Origin: Basidiobolus meristosporus CBS 931.73
Lineage: Eukaryota > Fungi > Basidiobolomycota
Assembly: GCA_002104905.1 (NCBI GenBank)
Contig: MCFE01000418.1
Location: 1 to 64,000, forward strand
DNA length: 64,000 bases
Direction: 5' to 3'
Within the stretch, counting starts at the first letter, position 1. Every line of letters begins with the position of its first letter. The translations under genes were made by a program, and so were the position numbers. This document shows, piece by piece, positions 1-10,357 of this stretch. The notes beneath the pieces are model-generated. The model did not search any database. It was not told the origin of the DNA and worked only from the letters and a program-made list of their open reading frames with translations.

Positions 1-1150
1 GCTCACTCACCTCCTCATATTCACATACTTGCTGCAATTGAAACACTTCTTTCACTGTAACTTCATGGCATTTTTATACAGTGCTTGCAAAGTTGCCATA
101 TACCTTACAATGCTGGAAACGTATGCATCTTGCAAACATATGTTTGGTTGTTGCAACTATTGTCACAATGCCTTGTGAATATCCGCAAAGAGCTTGTTGG
201 TATTTGGCCAATATACTCTTTCTCCCTGCTAGAGTTTAGTCCCCATTATAGGTGCACTCCGGCTTTTGTTAGTGTGAATACCATATTGAAGGATTTAGAA
301 ACTTGCTTGCAGCCAGCAGAAACCTGGCATGCTTTGATAAAGTTGTCATATTAAAAATTAGTTGCATGTAGCACATAACATAGCCTTGCATTACTTAACT
401 GATTACTCATGCATTGAGGCTGCTCAGCTTCTTTGTTCCAATGACATAGGTGTCTCCATGTGCATATCTGGCCTCAGTCTTTTCCAACTCATCCTGGGTG
501 TCCCCCATATGCCAATTCATTGCATCCATGATGGACCTGAAGGTACCATTCCTGATGAGATTGGGATATGGTAGCACCTGCAACTTGATGTGTCTTCCTA
601 TCTCTCCCTACATTTGCTTTATAGGAGACTTCCAAGAAGTGAAGCAAAGCCCAGTTTTTTTCCCACACCAAGCAAGATGGAGTAGAGTAAAGCTATAGGA
701 GCAGCAGAGATCCAGGCATTCAGATTTATGCTTGTGGTATAGCCACTCAAGTCCTGTTGCAAACTCATTGTACAGAAGCTGTTGATGTGTCAAGTGGGCA
801 TTGGTGATCAGCTTCTGGATAACTATTCCTTTAATGTCCACATATGACTCCCAATGCTTCCAATGTACTCTTCCTAGAAATGGCTTCAGAAGGCCACTTG
901 AATAAATACATATCTGGTTCATCAAGTACTAGAATTGGTATTGCTGAATATGTGTATAAATACCAATTGGAGCCTGTGAGAAGTACTTTGGGCAGTGGAT
1001 ATTCAGTAATCTTTTGCCAATTCTTAAATACTTCTGTAGTATCTCAAATGGCTCATTTAGCCTGAAATGCCCCAGGTAAAACTTGGTAATTAATATAGAG
1101 ATATTGTAGAAAGGAAAATTGCTCAGGATTGTACTTTCTGGCTTCATCAA
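1..1150 (-). mobile_element. Degenerate CACTA/CMC-type DNA transposon fragment (tnp2/DUF4218-like transposase), cut by the window start
   Basis: Fragmented minus-strand ORFs (LKPFLGRVHWKHWE; FTSWKSP, decayed from GPCFTFWEFPME) are homologous to the copies at 24.5-27.3, 28.0-30.7 and 58.5-60.4 kb. Boundaries are approximate. Confidence 0.7.
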
Positions 1151-1169
1151 TATTCATCATGCCTGAGAA

Positions 1170-1640
1170 ATTTCTCTCAGTGGAAATTTACTTGTATGAA
1201 TATTTTGTGTATTAATATCTTAACAACTTTACCTATTCTGTGGTTTTCTCCTTTATATGACTTTCCTCTGTATTTACCTGCCAATATGCTGAATATCTGA
1301 ATGTGGATCCTTTGCTTCCTGCTAAGCATGCCATTCCTTGGCTTCTCTTAAGCTGTGAAACATCCTAATCTCTGACAATCCACTCCTATATAAGCTATGT
1401 CTGCCATACATCTCTCCCCTCTACTGAATTCCAGGCAATACTCTATGCTGAGTACCCTGTCATGCCTATTTCCAGTATATGGCCCACTGAGCCAGATGAC
1501 ATTACTCTTAATGTCAGAGAGTGCTTGAAACTTCACACAGTGTGCTTTGATTTTATCAAGTAAGAAGTGCCTCTACCCACAGTAGGTCTGTTAATCCTGA
1601 CAAGGAAGGTATCCCCAATACTCCTGATACAGATTGTTGT
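1170..1640 (-). pseudogene. Decayed fragment of the PHIS (PIF/Harbinger-ISL2EU) transposase
   Basis: ORF 1348-1536 (KFQALSDIKSNVIWLSGPYTGNRHD...CMADIAYIG) aligns with the transposase at 19672-20322. Confidence 0.8.
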
Positions 1641-1689
1641 ATTATAATTAGTTTGAGGCTTGTTCTAGAACGTAGAGGCTAATGAACAG

Positions 1690-2286
1690 TATACAACAAT
1701 TTCCCTGTGTGCTATAACTGAAGTAGTTTATTGGGAATTGATAGACTAATAGAAAATGTAACCTTCACTGATATCCTTCATCTTAGGCTCAGAATGTACT
1801 TTAGGCAATGTTTCTCACTTGTACAGAGGTGTTCTGACCTTCTGTTAAATATTGGGCTTATTTGCTTTTAAAGTAACTTCTCCTTATTTGGTAGTCACCA
1901 TCCTTTCTGAGAAAATATTTCCTACTTTAAAAATTTGGAGCTCTCCTTTAACCTAAAAAGGTGCGTTGTAGAAGTCTCTCAAGGGGTCTTTAGAGTAAAG
2001 GGACTTCTTAGAAGGGACCTTGCAAAAAGAAAAGTGGTAGTTCTCTTGTAGAACATAGATTGGATTCTAGTTAGCTTTGCACTGTCTTCACTGATGTAGC
2101 TCCATTCAAAATCAGAATACTCATTAGTGCAAGTGATGCAGGGGAAGACTTATAGCTTTTATACTTGCAATTGTAGTGTGGATAATCTGGCTCTCCTTTA
2201 TTTTTCAGCTGGGGAAGTCATTTATATGAAAACTCTGAAGGCTCAAAGTTTTTGGGCAATTGTGCCAGCAATACACTTGATACAAA
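1690..2286. repeat. Unclassified dispersed repeat, homologous to ~15530-16070; host sequence of the copia insertion
   Basis: Shares blocks such as CTTATTTGGTAGTC, GCTTTGCA(C/G)TGTCTT, AGTGCAAGTGATGCAG and TTGCAATTGTAGTGTGGA with the 15.5-16.1 kb region. Confidence 0.6.
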
Positions 2287-2291
2287 GCAAA

Positions 2292-2660
2292 TGTTGCAAT
2301 TTAAGAAGTGATTTGGATATAAGGAACTTATCAAGAAATAGTGATAATAGTTGAACTGTTGTTTATTCATAAAGAAGCTCAGTATTTATACCTTTGTAGA
2401 AGTAATACAGCTGCAACACTAAGTAGGGAGGGTTTCTCAATATTCAGGAGCATTCTGTAACAGTTTCAGGGTTAGTACATAATGTTTGGTAATAGTGCTA
2501 ATTTGATCCTGACTATAGAGGAATAATCATAAGATCATATATCTGGAGAAAGTGGCGAAGTAAAGGCAGTAAATGAGTCCTACAGTGACTAAGACTAGCC
2601 TAGAATTGTTAAGTAAACTTTTAGCTGCTGAATGATACCAAATAGTCCAATATTTCAACA
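2292..2660 (-). repeat. 3' LTR of copia A1
   Basis: Direct repeat of 6609-6977, adjacent to the polypurine tract. Confidence 0.97.
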
Positions 2661-5600
2661 CTCCCCCTCAACTAAATAATTTCTTAATCCCAATTTCTCT
2701 CTAAGGATCTCAAACTGTGGCCTAGCTAGTGGTTTTGTCAATATGTCTGCCACCATTTTGTCAGTTGGGCAGTAAACCAGCTCTACTAAGTTATTTTCTA
2801 CAGCTTCCCTCACAAAGTGATGCTGTATATCAATGTGCTTAGTTCTGGCATGATTAGTAGGATTTCTAGCTAATGAAATACAACTTTGATTATCCTTGTA
2901 AATACATGTTGGTTCACCTGAATTAAAACCTAAGTCTTTGAATAATTTTCGTAGCCATATAGCCTCCTTAGTTGCTTGACATGCAGCCATATATTCGGCT
3001 TCAGTTGTAGATAGTGCCACAGTTGGTTGTTTCTTGCAATTCCAAGTAATAGCTGCACCAGCATAAAGAAATACATAGCCTGTGGTAGAGCGTCTGTCAA
3101 TCAGATCTCTACCCCAATCTGAATCACTATAACCATCAAATTTTCGCCTATTAGCTGCTCCAGAGTATTCCAGTACCATATTTATGGTACCTTGTAGATA
3201 TCTGAAAATCCGCTTAACTGCTGCAATTTGATCTGATCCATAATTCTGCATGAATTGACTGACTATTCCAACTGCTACTGCAATATCTGGACGTGTAGAC
3301 ACCATCAAGTACATTAGGCTACCAACCATTGATTGATAGGGAAAGTTTTGGTCCATATTTGAGCCGTTTTCATCCATAACTGGCTGAGATTTGCTTAATT
3401 TCAGGTTATTGTCCATAGGGGTTGCTGCAGGTTTGCAATTTTCCATTTTGAAGCGTCTAAGAATGTCCCTGATGTACTTAGACTGATTCAGCACAATTTT
3501 CTGCGTAGGTATGTCAAATTTGACCTCAATTCCAAGAAAATAGCTCAATTTTCCAAGATCTTTCATCTCAAACTTGCTGAAGAGATCTGATTTCGTCTAT
3601 TTAAGTGCCTCTTGATCACTTGTAGCTATAATTAGGTCATCCACATAAAGAACTAGGATGATCACACCCTTTTTGAGCTGTTTCACATATATACTGTGAT
3701 CTGCAGTGCTACGAGAGAACCCAATTTCCTCTAGATATGTGTCAATCTTGTTATACCATGCTCTGGGTGCCTGCTTAAGCCCATACAACGATTTTCTAAG
3801 TTTGCACACCTTATGGGGGCTTTTTGGATCGGTAAAACCTTCTGGTTGCTCCATATATATAGTTTCTTGCAAATCCCCATTTAGAAAGGCTGTTTTGACG
3901 TCCATTTGGTGTAGATCTAGACTGTGTACAGCTGCCAGGGCTAGAACTGTCCTAATAGAGTTAAACTTGGCAACCAGAGCAAATGTTTCCTTAAAGTCTA
4001 GTCCCTGGATCTGGGAATAGCCTTTAGCTACCAATCTAGCCTTGTACTTATCAACGGCACCATTTGAGGTTATCTTGATCTTATAGACCCATCTACATCC
4101 TATTGGCTTTCTCCCATTTGGTAAATCTACCAGTTCCCACGTTTTTGCCTTGATCAGTGATTGGTACTCCTCCTGCATGGCTTGTTGCCACTTAGTAGCA
4201 TCTGGACCTTGCATTGCCTGTTCCAGATTCTGAGGTTTGGCACATAAGGCAAGATAAGCTTCTTCATGATCATTGGATGTCTGCCACCAGGATCCAGGGG
4301 CATTTCTTATTCTGGTAGATCTCCTAACTGGGATAATCTGTTCTGATCTGGAACTGGTAGAAGTATCTTCCATCTCTGGCTGGATTTGGTACGTATCTTC
4401 TTCATTTGTGTTGATTGCATCATCAGGCAGCTGGCCAATGATTTCTGTGGCTTTCTGATCTGAATTCTCCTCAAATACAACGTCCCTGCTCTTGATCAGC
4501 TTCTGAATTTTGCCATCATACACTCTATACCCTTTAGTACCTTCACAATACCCAAGAAAGATCCCTTTTCTACTCTTTGGTTCCAACTTTGAGCGTTTTT
4601 TGTCAGGGATGTGATAAAAAACATCACTGCCAAAGATCCTGAGGTGCTGGAGATCTGGTTTTTTGCCTGTATATGCTTCAAAGGGTGTAGAATCACGTAG
4701 TGCTGTTGTTGGGCATCTGTTCTTGATGTATACAGCGGTAGCAACAGATTCAGCCCAAAACTTGTAGTCCATTCCCTTATCATGTAGCATAGATCTTCCC
4801 ATCTCTACTATTGTTCTGTTTGCACGTTCTGCTACTCCATTTTGCTGTGGAGTATGGGGAACTGTGGTCTGTTGAAGTATACCAGTAGACAAGCAGTATT
4901 TTGCAAACTCCTTTGAGCAGTATTCTCCTCCATTGTCACTTTGTAGTACCTTCAATTTACACCCAGTTTGTGTTTCTGCCATGTTCTTGAAGTGCTTAAA
5001 CGTCTCTAAAGCTTCATCCTTTGTTTTGAGGAAGTACACCCATGTATATCTTGTCTTGTCATCAATAAACGTCATAAAGTATCTCTTGGCTCCAAAGGAC
5101 AGTGTTCTCATGGGGCCACATATGTCTGAGTGTACAATAGCCAATATTTCGGTGGTATTGATGCCTTCTGAGCTCTTGAAACGTTGCCTAGCTTGTTTGC
5201 CATATGAACATCCTTTACAAACATTCAATTTGATCGGAATTGAGTATTTTAGGCCCAAAACAAGCTGATTTTTCACCAATTGGCTCATTTTCTGTTCCCC
5301 TATGTGTCCTAGCCTCCTATGCCATGTCTCCCAGTTGGTTTCATCGGTTTCAGCAATGTTGACATACTCAGGTACAATGATCTTGCATTGTAACTTGTAT
5401 ATATTGTGATCTCTGATTCCCGAAGCTAATTTTTGTCCATTTTCACTCAATATTGAGCAGCTCAGCTTAGTAAAAACGAATTTCAGTCCCTGAGTAGTTG
5501 CTTTACTGACTGAGAGTAGGTTCTTAGCTATTCCAGGTACATAGAGTATGTCAGTCAGTTTTGCTGTTGTTGCCCCTGAGTTATCACTCATATTTAGTTG

Positions 5601-6572
5601 TATGGACCCACTGGCGGTAGCTTCCAATGCAGAGTTATCTCCCAGATAAACCTTTCTTACGGGAATAGTCTTTAAGTTGCTGAACCAATCCTTTATACCA
5701 CAAATATGCTGTGATGCTCCAGAGTCAATATACCATTCATTACTTCGGTTACTTGCACTCTCTTGTACAGTGACAAATAGCTGTTCATCAGTAGTTATAT
5801 GGTTTGCCTGCTCTAGTTTCTGTTTTTTGTCTGCTTGTTTCTTCTTGCATTCTCTTGCCCAGTGTCCTGGCTTCTTACAGTAGTTACAGCAGCCAGGTTT
5901 TCTTCGGTTTTGTTGCTTTCCCTTCTTTTCTGTATGCCTTTCTGAACTGAATAAAGCATTATCTTCAATTTTCTCTGCTTGGTCATTACGTCTGAGTTCT
6001 TCATGGAGAAGTCTTCCTTTGACATAGTCTAAAGTCAAGTTGTCTTCTCTGCTTTCAAAAGAAAGTATGAGTGGCTCATACTCGTCTGGTAGGCTGCAAA
6101 GCAGACAGAGTATCTTTTCTTCATCATCTACACCAGCATTAATACTGTAAAGTTCTTCTGCAAGTGTCTCCATTCTGGTAATGAGTTGTAGCATGTCATC
6201 ATCTGGCTTTTTTCTCATGTTGAAGAACTTTCGTTTCAAATAAAGCTTGCTTGATACTGACTTTGCTCTAAAGATCTTCTCCAAGGATTCCCATGCTGCT
6301 TTGGCAGTATTTGAGGCATGGATTTGTCCAATGAAGGAGTCTTGCACATTGATGCATATTGCATTGAAGGCCTTTCTCTCCTTCTCTTGAAACTTCTCCA
6401 CATCTTCTGCTGTTCCTTTGGGCTCAACTTCCTTTCCTGTTACTATATTCCAAAGCTTTCTTTCCTCAAGGTGGATCTGCATCTTGATTCTCCAAAGTCT
6501 GTAGTTCTTCCCATCAAACCTCTCCTTTACAGGGAAGATGTTGGTATTGCTTTGTTTGCTGGTAGAAGTCAT
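2655..6572 (-). pseudogene. Copia gag-pol polyprotein (1306 codons including the stop) with one in-frame TAG at 3597-3599
   Basis: The 991-aa and 303-aa ORFs are in the same frame (ALK*TKSDLFSKFEMKDLG). Motifs: CNYCKKPGHWAREC knuckle, WYIDSGASQH protease, WHRRLGH...CKGC, HSDICGP, QSDNGGEY, QNGVAER, YVDDL, YSDSDW, KHIDIQHHF. Confidence 0.95.
2661..2670 (-). promoter_or_regulatory. Polypurine tract of copia A1
   Basis: Minus strand TGAGGGGGAG lies immediately before the LTR start TGTTGAAATA. Confidence 0.9.
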
Positions 6573-6596
6573 CTTTAGAATAGGTTAAGGCAATCG

Positions 6597-6608
6597 GGGC
6601 TCATAACC
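6597..6608 (-). promoter_or_regulatory. Primer-binding site complementary to the initiator tRNA-Met anticodon stem-loop (half-tRNA priming)
   Basis: Minus strand GGTTATGAGCCC directly follows the LTR. Plus strand GGGCTCATAACC equals the tRNAiMet anticodon arm. Confidence 0.85.
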
Positions 6609-6977
6609 TGTTGCAATTTAAGAAGTGATTTGGATATAAGGAACTTATCAAGAAATAGTGATAATAGTTGAACTGTTGTTTATTCATAAAGAAGCTCAGT
6701 ATTTATACCTTTGTAGAAGTAATACAGCTGCAACACTAAGTAGGGAGGGTTTCTCAATATTCAGGAGCATTCTGTAACAGTTTCAGGGTTAGTACATAAT
6801 GTTTGGTAATAGTGCTAATTTGATCCTGACTATAGGGGAATAATCATAAGATCATATATCTGGAGAAAGTGGCAAAGTAAAGGCAGTAAATGAGTCCTAC
6901 AGTGACTAAGACTAGCCTAGAATTGTTAAGTAAATTTTTAGCTGCTGAATGATACCAAATAGTCCAATATTTCAACA
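6609..6977 (-). repeat. 5' LTR of copia A1
   Basis: Direct repeat of 2292-2660. Confidence 0.97.
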
Positions 6978-8219
6978 GCAAATAACTTGCAATGACACAG
7001 ATTGTACAAAGGCACAGCACCTGTGAAAATATCATGTGAATTGACTGGCTGGCTCAATTTTACATGTAATCAAAGTCACCATAGTAATCCTAGCAATAGA
7101 GGCCTAGTATACATGGTAATTGGACTCTTTTGATCAAAACTCCTTTAGTACTGCTTCAAATGAGCTATAATTTGAAACATGTGTTGGCTACTGAGTGCAC
7201 TGCATGAGATGATATTCTTGGGTGGATTGCTAGTCAGGGTCTGGAGCCTTTGTCCTTCAAAGTAGAAGTTTCTTGATCTTTGATTTGTATGCTACAATAC
7301 TGTTGTTGAAGAAGATTGGCTCACAATCCATCAGTGAGCCTGCTTCTTCAGAGCTATCATTCTTAGGCAGTCATGTGAGTGAGACATTGCACCTACATGA
7401 ATGTAAAATCTGATGATGACCTGCCATAGCAAGCATTATAAATAAAGCCGTGACATCATAAATATAGGTATATGTAAACCATTTCCCCTTTGATTTAACT
7501 CACTTAGATATATATGCTGCCAAAATTAAGCAAAGTTGTCTGGTTCCCAACCAAACCCCACTGCTGACAGCAGCCAAAGGATGTTTGGACAACAGCTTGC
7601 TTTGACATCCAGTGCAACAAGCAGAGCCACAACCAAAAAAGGCCTTGTGCACAGTGTGCCCACTGAAGGGATTAATGTGGAATCCTCAGGCTCTCAGTCA
7701 AGTAGGCAGTTGGGAATCTCTTCAGAGCTGTTAGCTGAATTTATTGTTGAGGCAGATGAGAATGTAGCAAAAGCAGTACCTTCAGTTAATGAACAGCAAG
7801 TGGCCATCATAACATCACCACCACTTGTATTAGCAAGTTGTCTGCTCATACCAATGCACTAATGAAGCAATACAGTGAAGTGGCTGATTGGACAGATGCA
7901 ATGGCCCAGAGAAACAAGAAAATAGTCAAGAGAAAGGATGCATGGATAAAAGGTCTAGAGCAATTAATATCTCAGGTTGAAAAAGCAGTATCTTTACAGC
8001 ATAGAAGAAATCCTAGTAGCAAAATGTTGCAACCAAGAACTGAGCCCTTAACCAATATAACAGCAGAGGCACACCATAGAGTCTTTGAAGCACAACAACA
8101 GTGCCCAAAGATAAAGCCCACAGAAAAATCCATAGTATAGGAGGGAGAAATATAGTGCCTATACCAAAGCCTAAAAATCAAAAGACAGTTTGTGGAGATA
8201 ATGAGTGTAATGATGAAGA

Positions 8220-8590
8220 TGTTGCAATATAAGAAGTGATTTGAATATAAGAAACAGATCAAGAATATAGTGATAACAGCTGAAGTGTTGTTCACTCATA
8301 AAGAAGCTCAGTACTTATACCTTTGTAGAAGTGATAGAGCTGTAACACTAAGTAAGGAGGGTTTCTCAGCACTCATGAGCATTCTGTAGCAGTTTGAGGA
8401 TTAGTGCTTAATATTAAGTAAAAGGTGTTAATTTGAGCTTGACTCTAGGGGAATGCTCATAGGATCATGGATCTGAAAAAACTGCCCCAGTTAGGGCTGT
8501 ATGTTAGTCCCACAGTGCTCAAGACCAGTTCAGAATTGTTAAGTAGACTTTTAGCTGCCAAATGGTACCAAATAGCTCAATATTTCAGCA
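8220..8590 (-). repeat. Solo LTR of copia family A
   Basis: Diverged full-length LTR homologue (TGTTGCAATATAAG...TATTTCAGCA) flanked by a perfect GAAGA TSD (8215-8219 and 8591-8595). Confidence 0.92.
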
Positions 8591-9019
8591 GAAGAGTGAG
8601 CAAATATTCAAGAGGCTGTTAGAGGTCTGGCATACCAACACCTAAAGGCTGGCATTCCAGGGGACCATCAGAAACTCAAAGCCAAGCAGAATATGCTTGA
8701 GGTACTCCATGAGCATTATCCTGGGTTTAAGCAGGCAAATGGATTTTGGGGCAGCATTGGTTTGCTGAGAAAGTTCCTCAAGAATAGCAGAAACTATCAA
8801 AGGTAGAAGAACAACAGTGCAATGGCCAAGTACAGGTAGCTTCCTGAAGAGCTCCTTAAAAGCAGGACCAAAAGCTCCAAACAAGCATCAAAGAGGCATC
8901 AGTTAGCCTGAAGAGTACCAATAAGGGAAAAGCAAGTAGACACAGATGCACCAGCATAACATCAGGAAGCACTTGTTCAAAGCAGCTGTGAAGGACCTGG
9001 CAGCGATAAAAGCAAGCTA

Positions 9020-10200
9020 TAAGTCCAGACTGTGCTTGTGAGCTGGGGGATGGATTTTGACTGGGTTGTGCTAAAGTTGAATTAAGAATTGGTATAAGGA
9101 CCAAAGTGATAGATTTGGACACATATACAGTATTACATTGGCATCAACCTGGTCTTATATGAAGTATGTATGACCACAAATAATATTGGTGAATATTCCA
9201 CATGTTATGTATGATGCATCTTGGATTTCATTGACACAGATCAGTTCTCATTAGTTGCAGTTTGCCTGTTTGATTATATGCCTGTAAGTAAATCATCAAA
9301 AACTCACCAAGTCAGTGTTTAGGATGTTTTTTGTAACATAATGATGGGATACATGGCAATTTATGAAGATTTAATAAAAATGCATGAAAAAACAGATAAA
9401 TTAAGCTGATTGCACCAAATTGATTCATATCACCTCTACTTGATCATGCACCAATTTTGATATGACTCAATGTGATTGTTGAATTTTCCATATATTATGC
9501 ATGATGCATCTTGGATTGCATTGACACGGATCAGATCACATCAATTGCAGATTTCCTATTTGATTATAGACCTATGATTAAAGCATCCATATAAGTACCA
9601 AGGCATTGTTTGCGGATGATTTTTGCAACATAATGATGGGATACATGGCAATTGATGGAGATTTAACCATAATGTATTAAAAATCAGATAAATAACGCCA
9701 ATTGCACCAAATCAATTCAGACCGCCTCCATACAATCATCCACCAATTTTAATACGACTTACTCATCTGAATGGTCTTTTCTCATCAATCCCATCACTAC
9801 CACTGGATTTCCTTTTGACGCACTAGAGGAGATCTATTCCAAGTACTGTGGACCATCAACCCGAATATACTCAAGGAGATCCCTTGTCAAGCTTCTCTGC
9901 TATTACAAGAACTATTGTCCTACAAGGTTTCATCCCACCATCCATGGCAACAAAAGTTTGGAGGCTTTCATTCCCAGCTGACAGTAATGTAGAACCACCT
10001 TGCAGAGAGTATGAAGAGCTTAGAGCAAGCTTAGAATACTGAGTTCAGAAGCTTCAAGAGACTTCCATATCCTAGAGTCTTCAGCAATAGGTTCCATATC
10101 AAAAATATGTTGAATGCCTTCCCAGTCAGGATATACCAACCTTTTAGAGGGCAGAGGCACTTTTATTCAATGAACACTGAAGATTTACTTAGCTGGAGTA
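9020..10200. mobile_element. Degenerate inverted copy of the central part of the PHIS element (ORF2 5' end, intergenic region, transposase 5' end)
   Basis: LAQPSQNPSPSSQAQSG matches ORF2 LVQPRQNPSPSSQARSG, and 9480-10130 is the reverse-complement homologue of ~20190-20830. Boundaries are approximate. Confidence 0.8.
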
Positions 10201-10357
10201 GAAGTCTTTATTAGATTGCTGATGGAATCCCTGACTTGTCTCCCTGATGAAAAACTTGGCATCAAATGCTTAACATTGTTGTAGGAGCTTCTAGCCTGAG
10301 TTTATTGTTTATTGGCATAATATGTTTCAGGAGTCATATTCATCAGAAACTAGTTTC

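Larger units (their letters stand above)
2292..6977 (-). mobile_element. Full-length young Ty1/copia LTR retrotransposon (family A, hemivirus-type primer site)
   Basis: Two 369-bp TG...CA LTRs with 3 transitions by eye, a perfect GCAAA TSD (2287-2291 and 6978-6982), a PBS, a PPT and the gag-PR-INT-RT-RH domain order. Confidence 0.97.
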
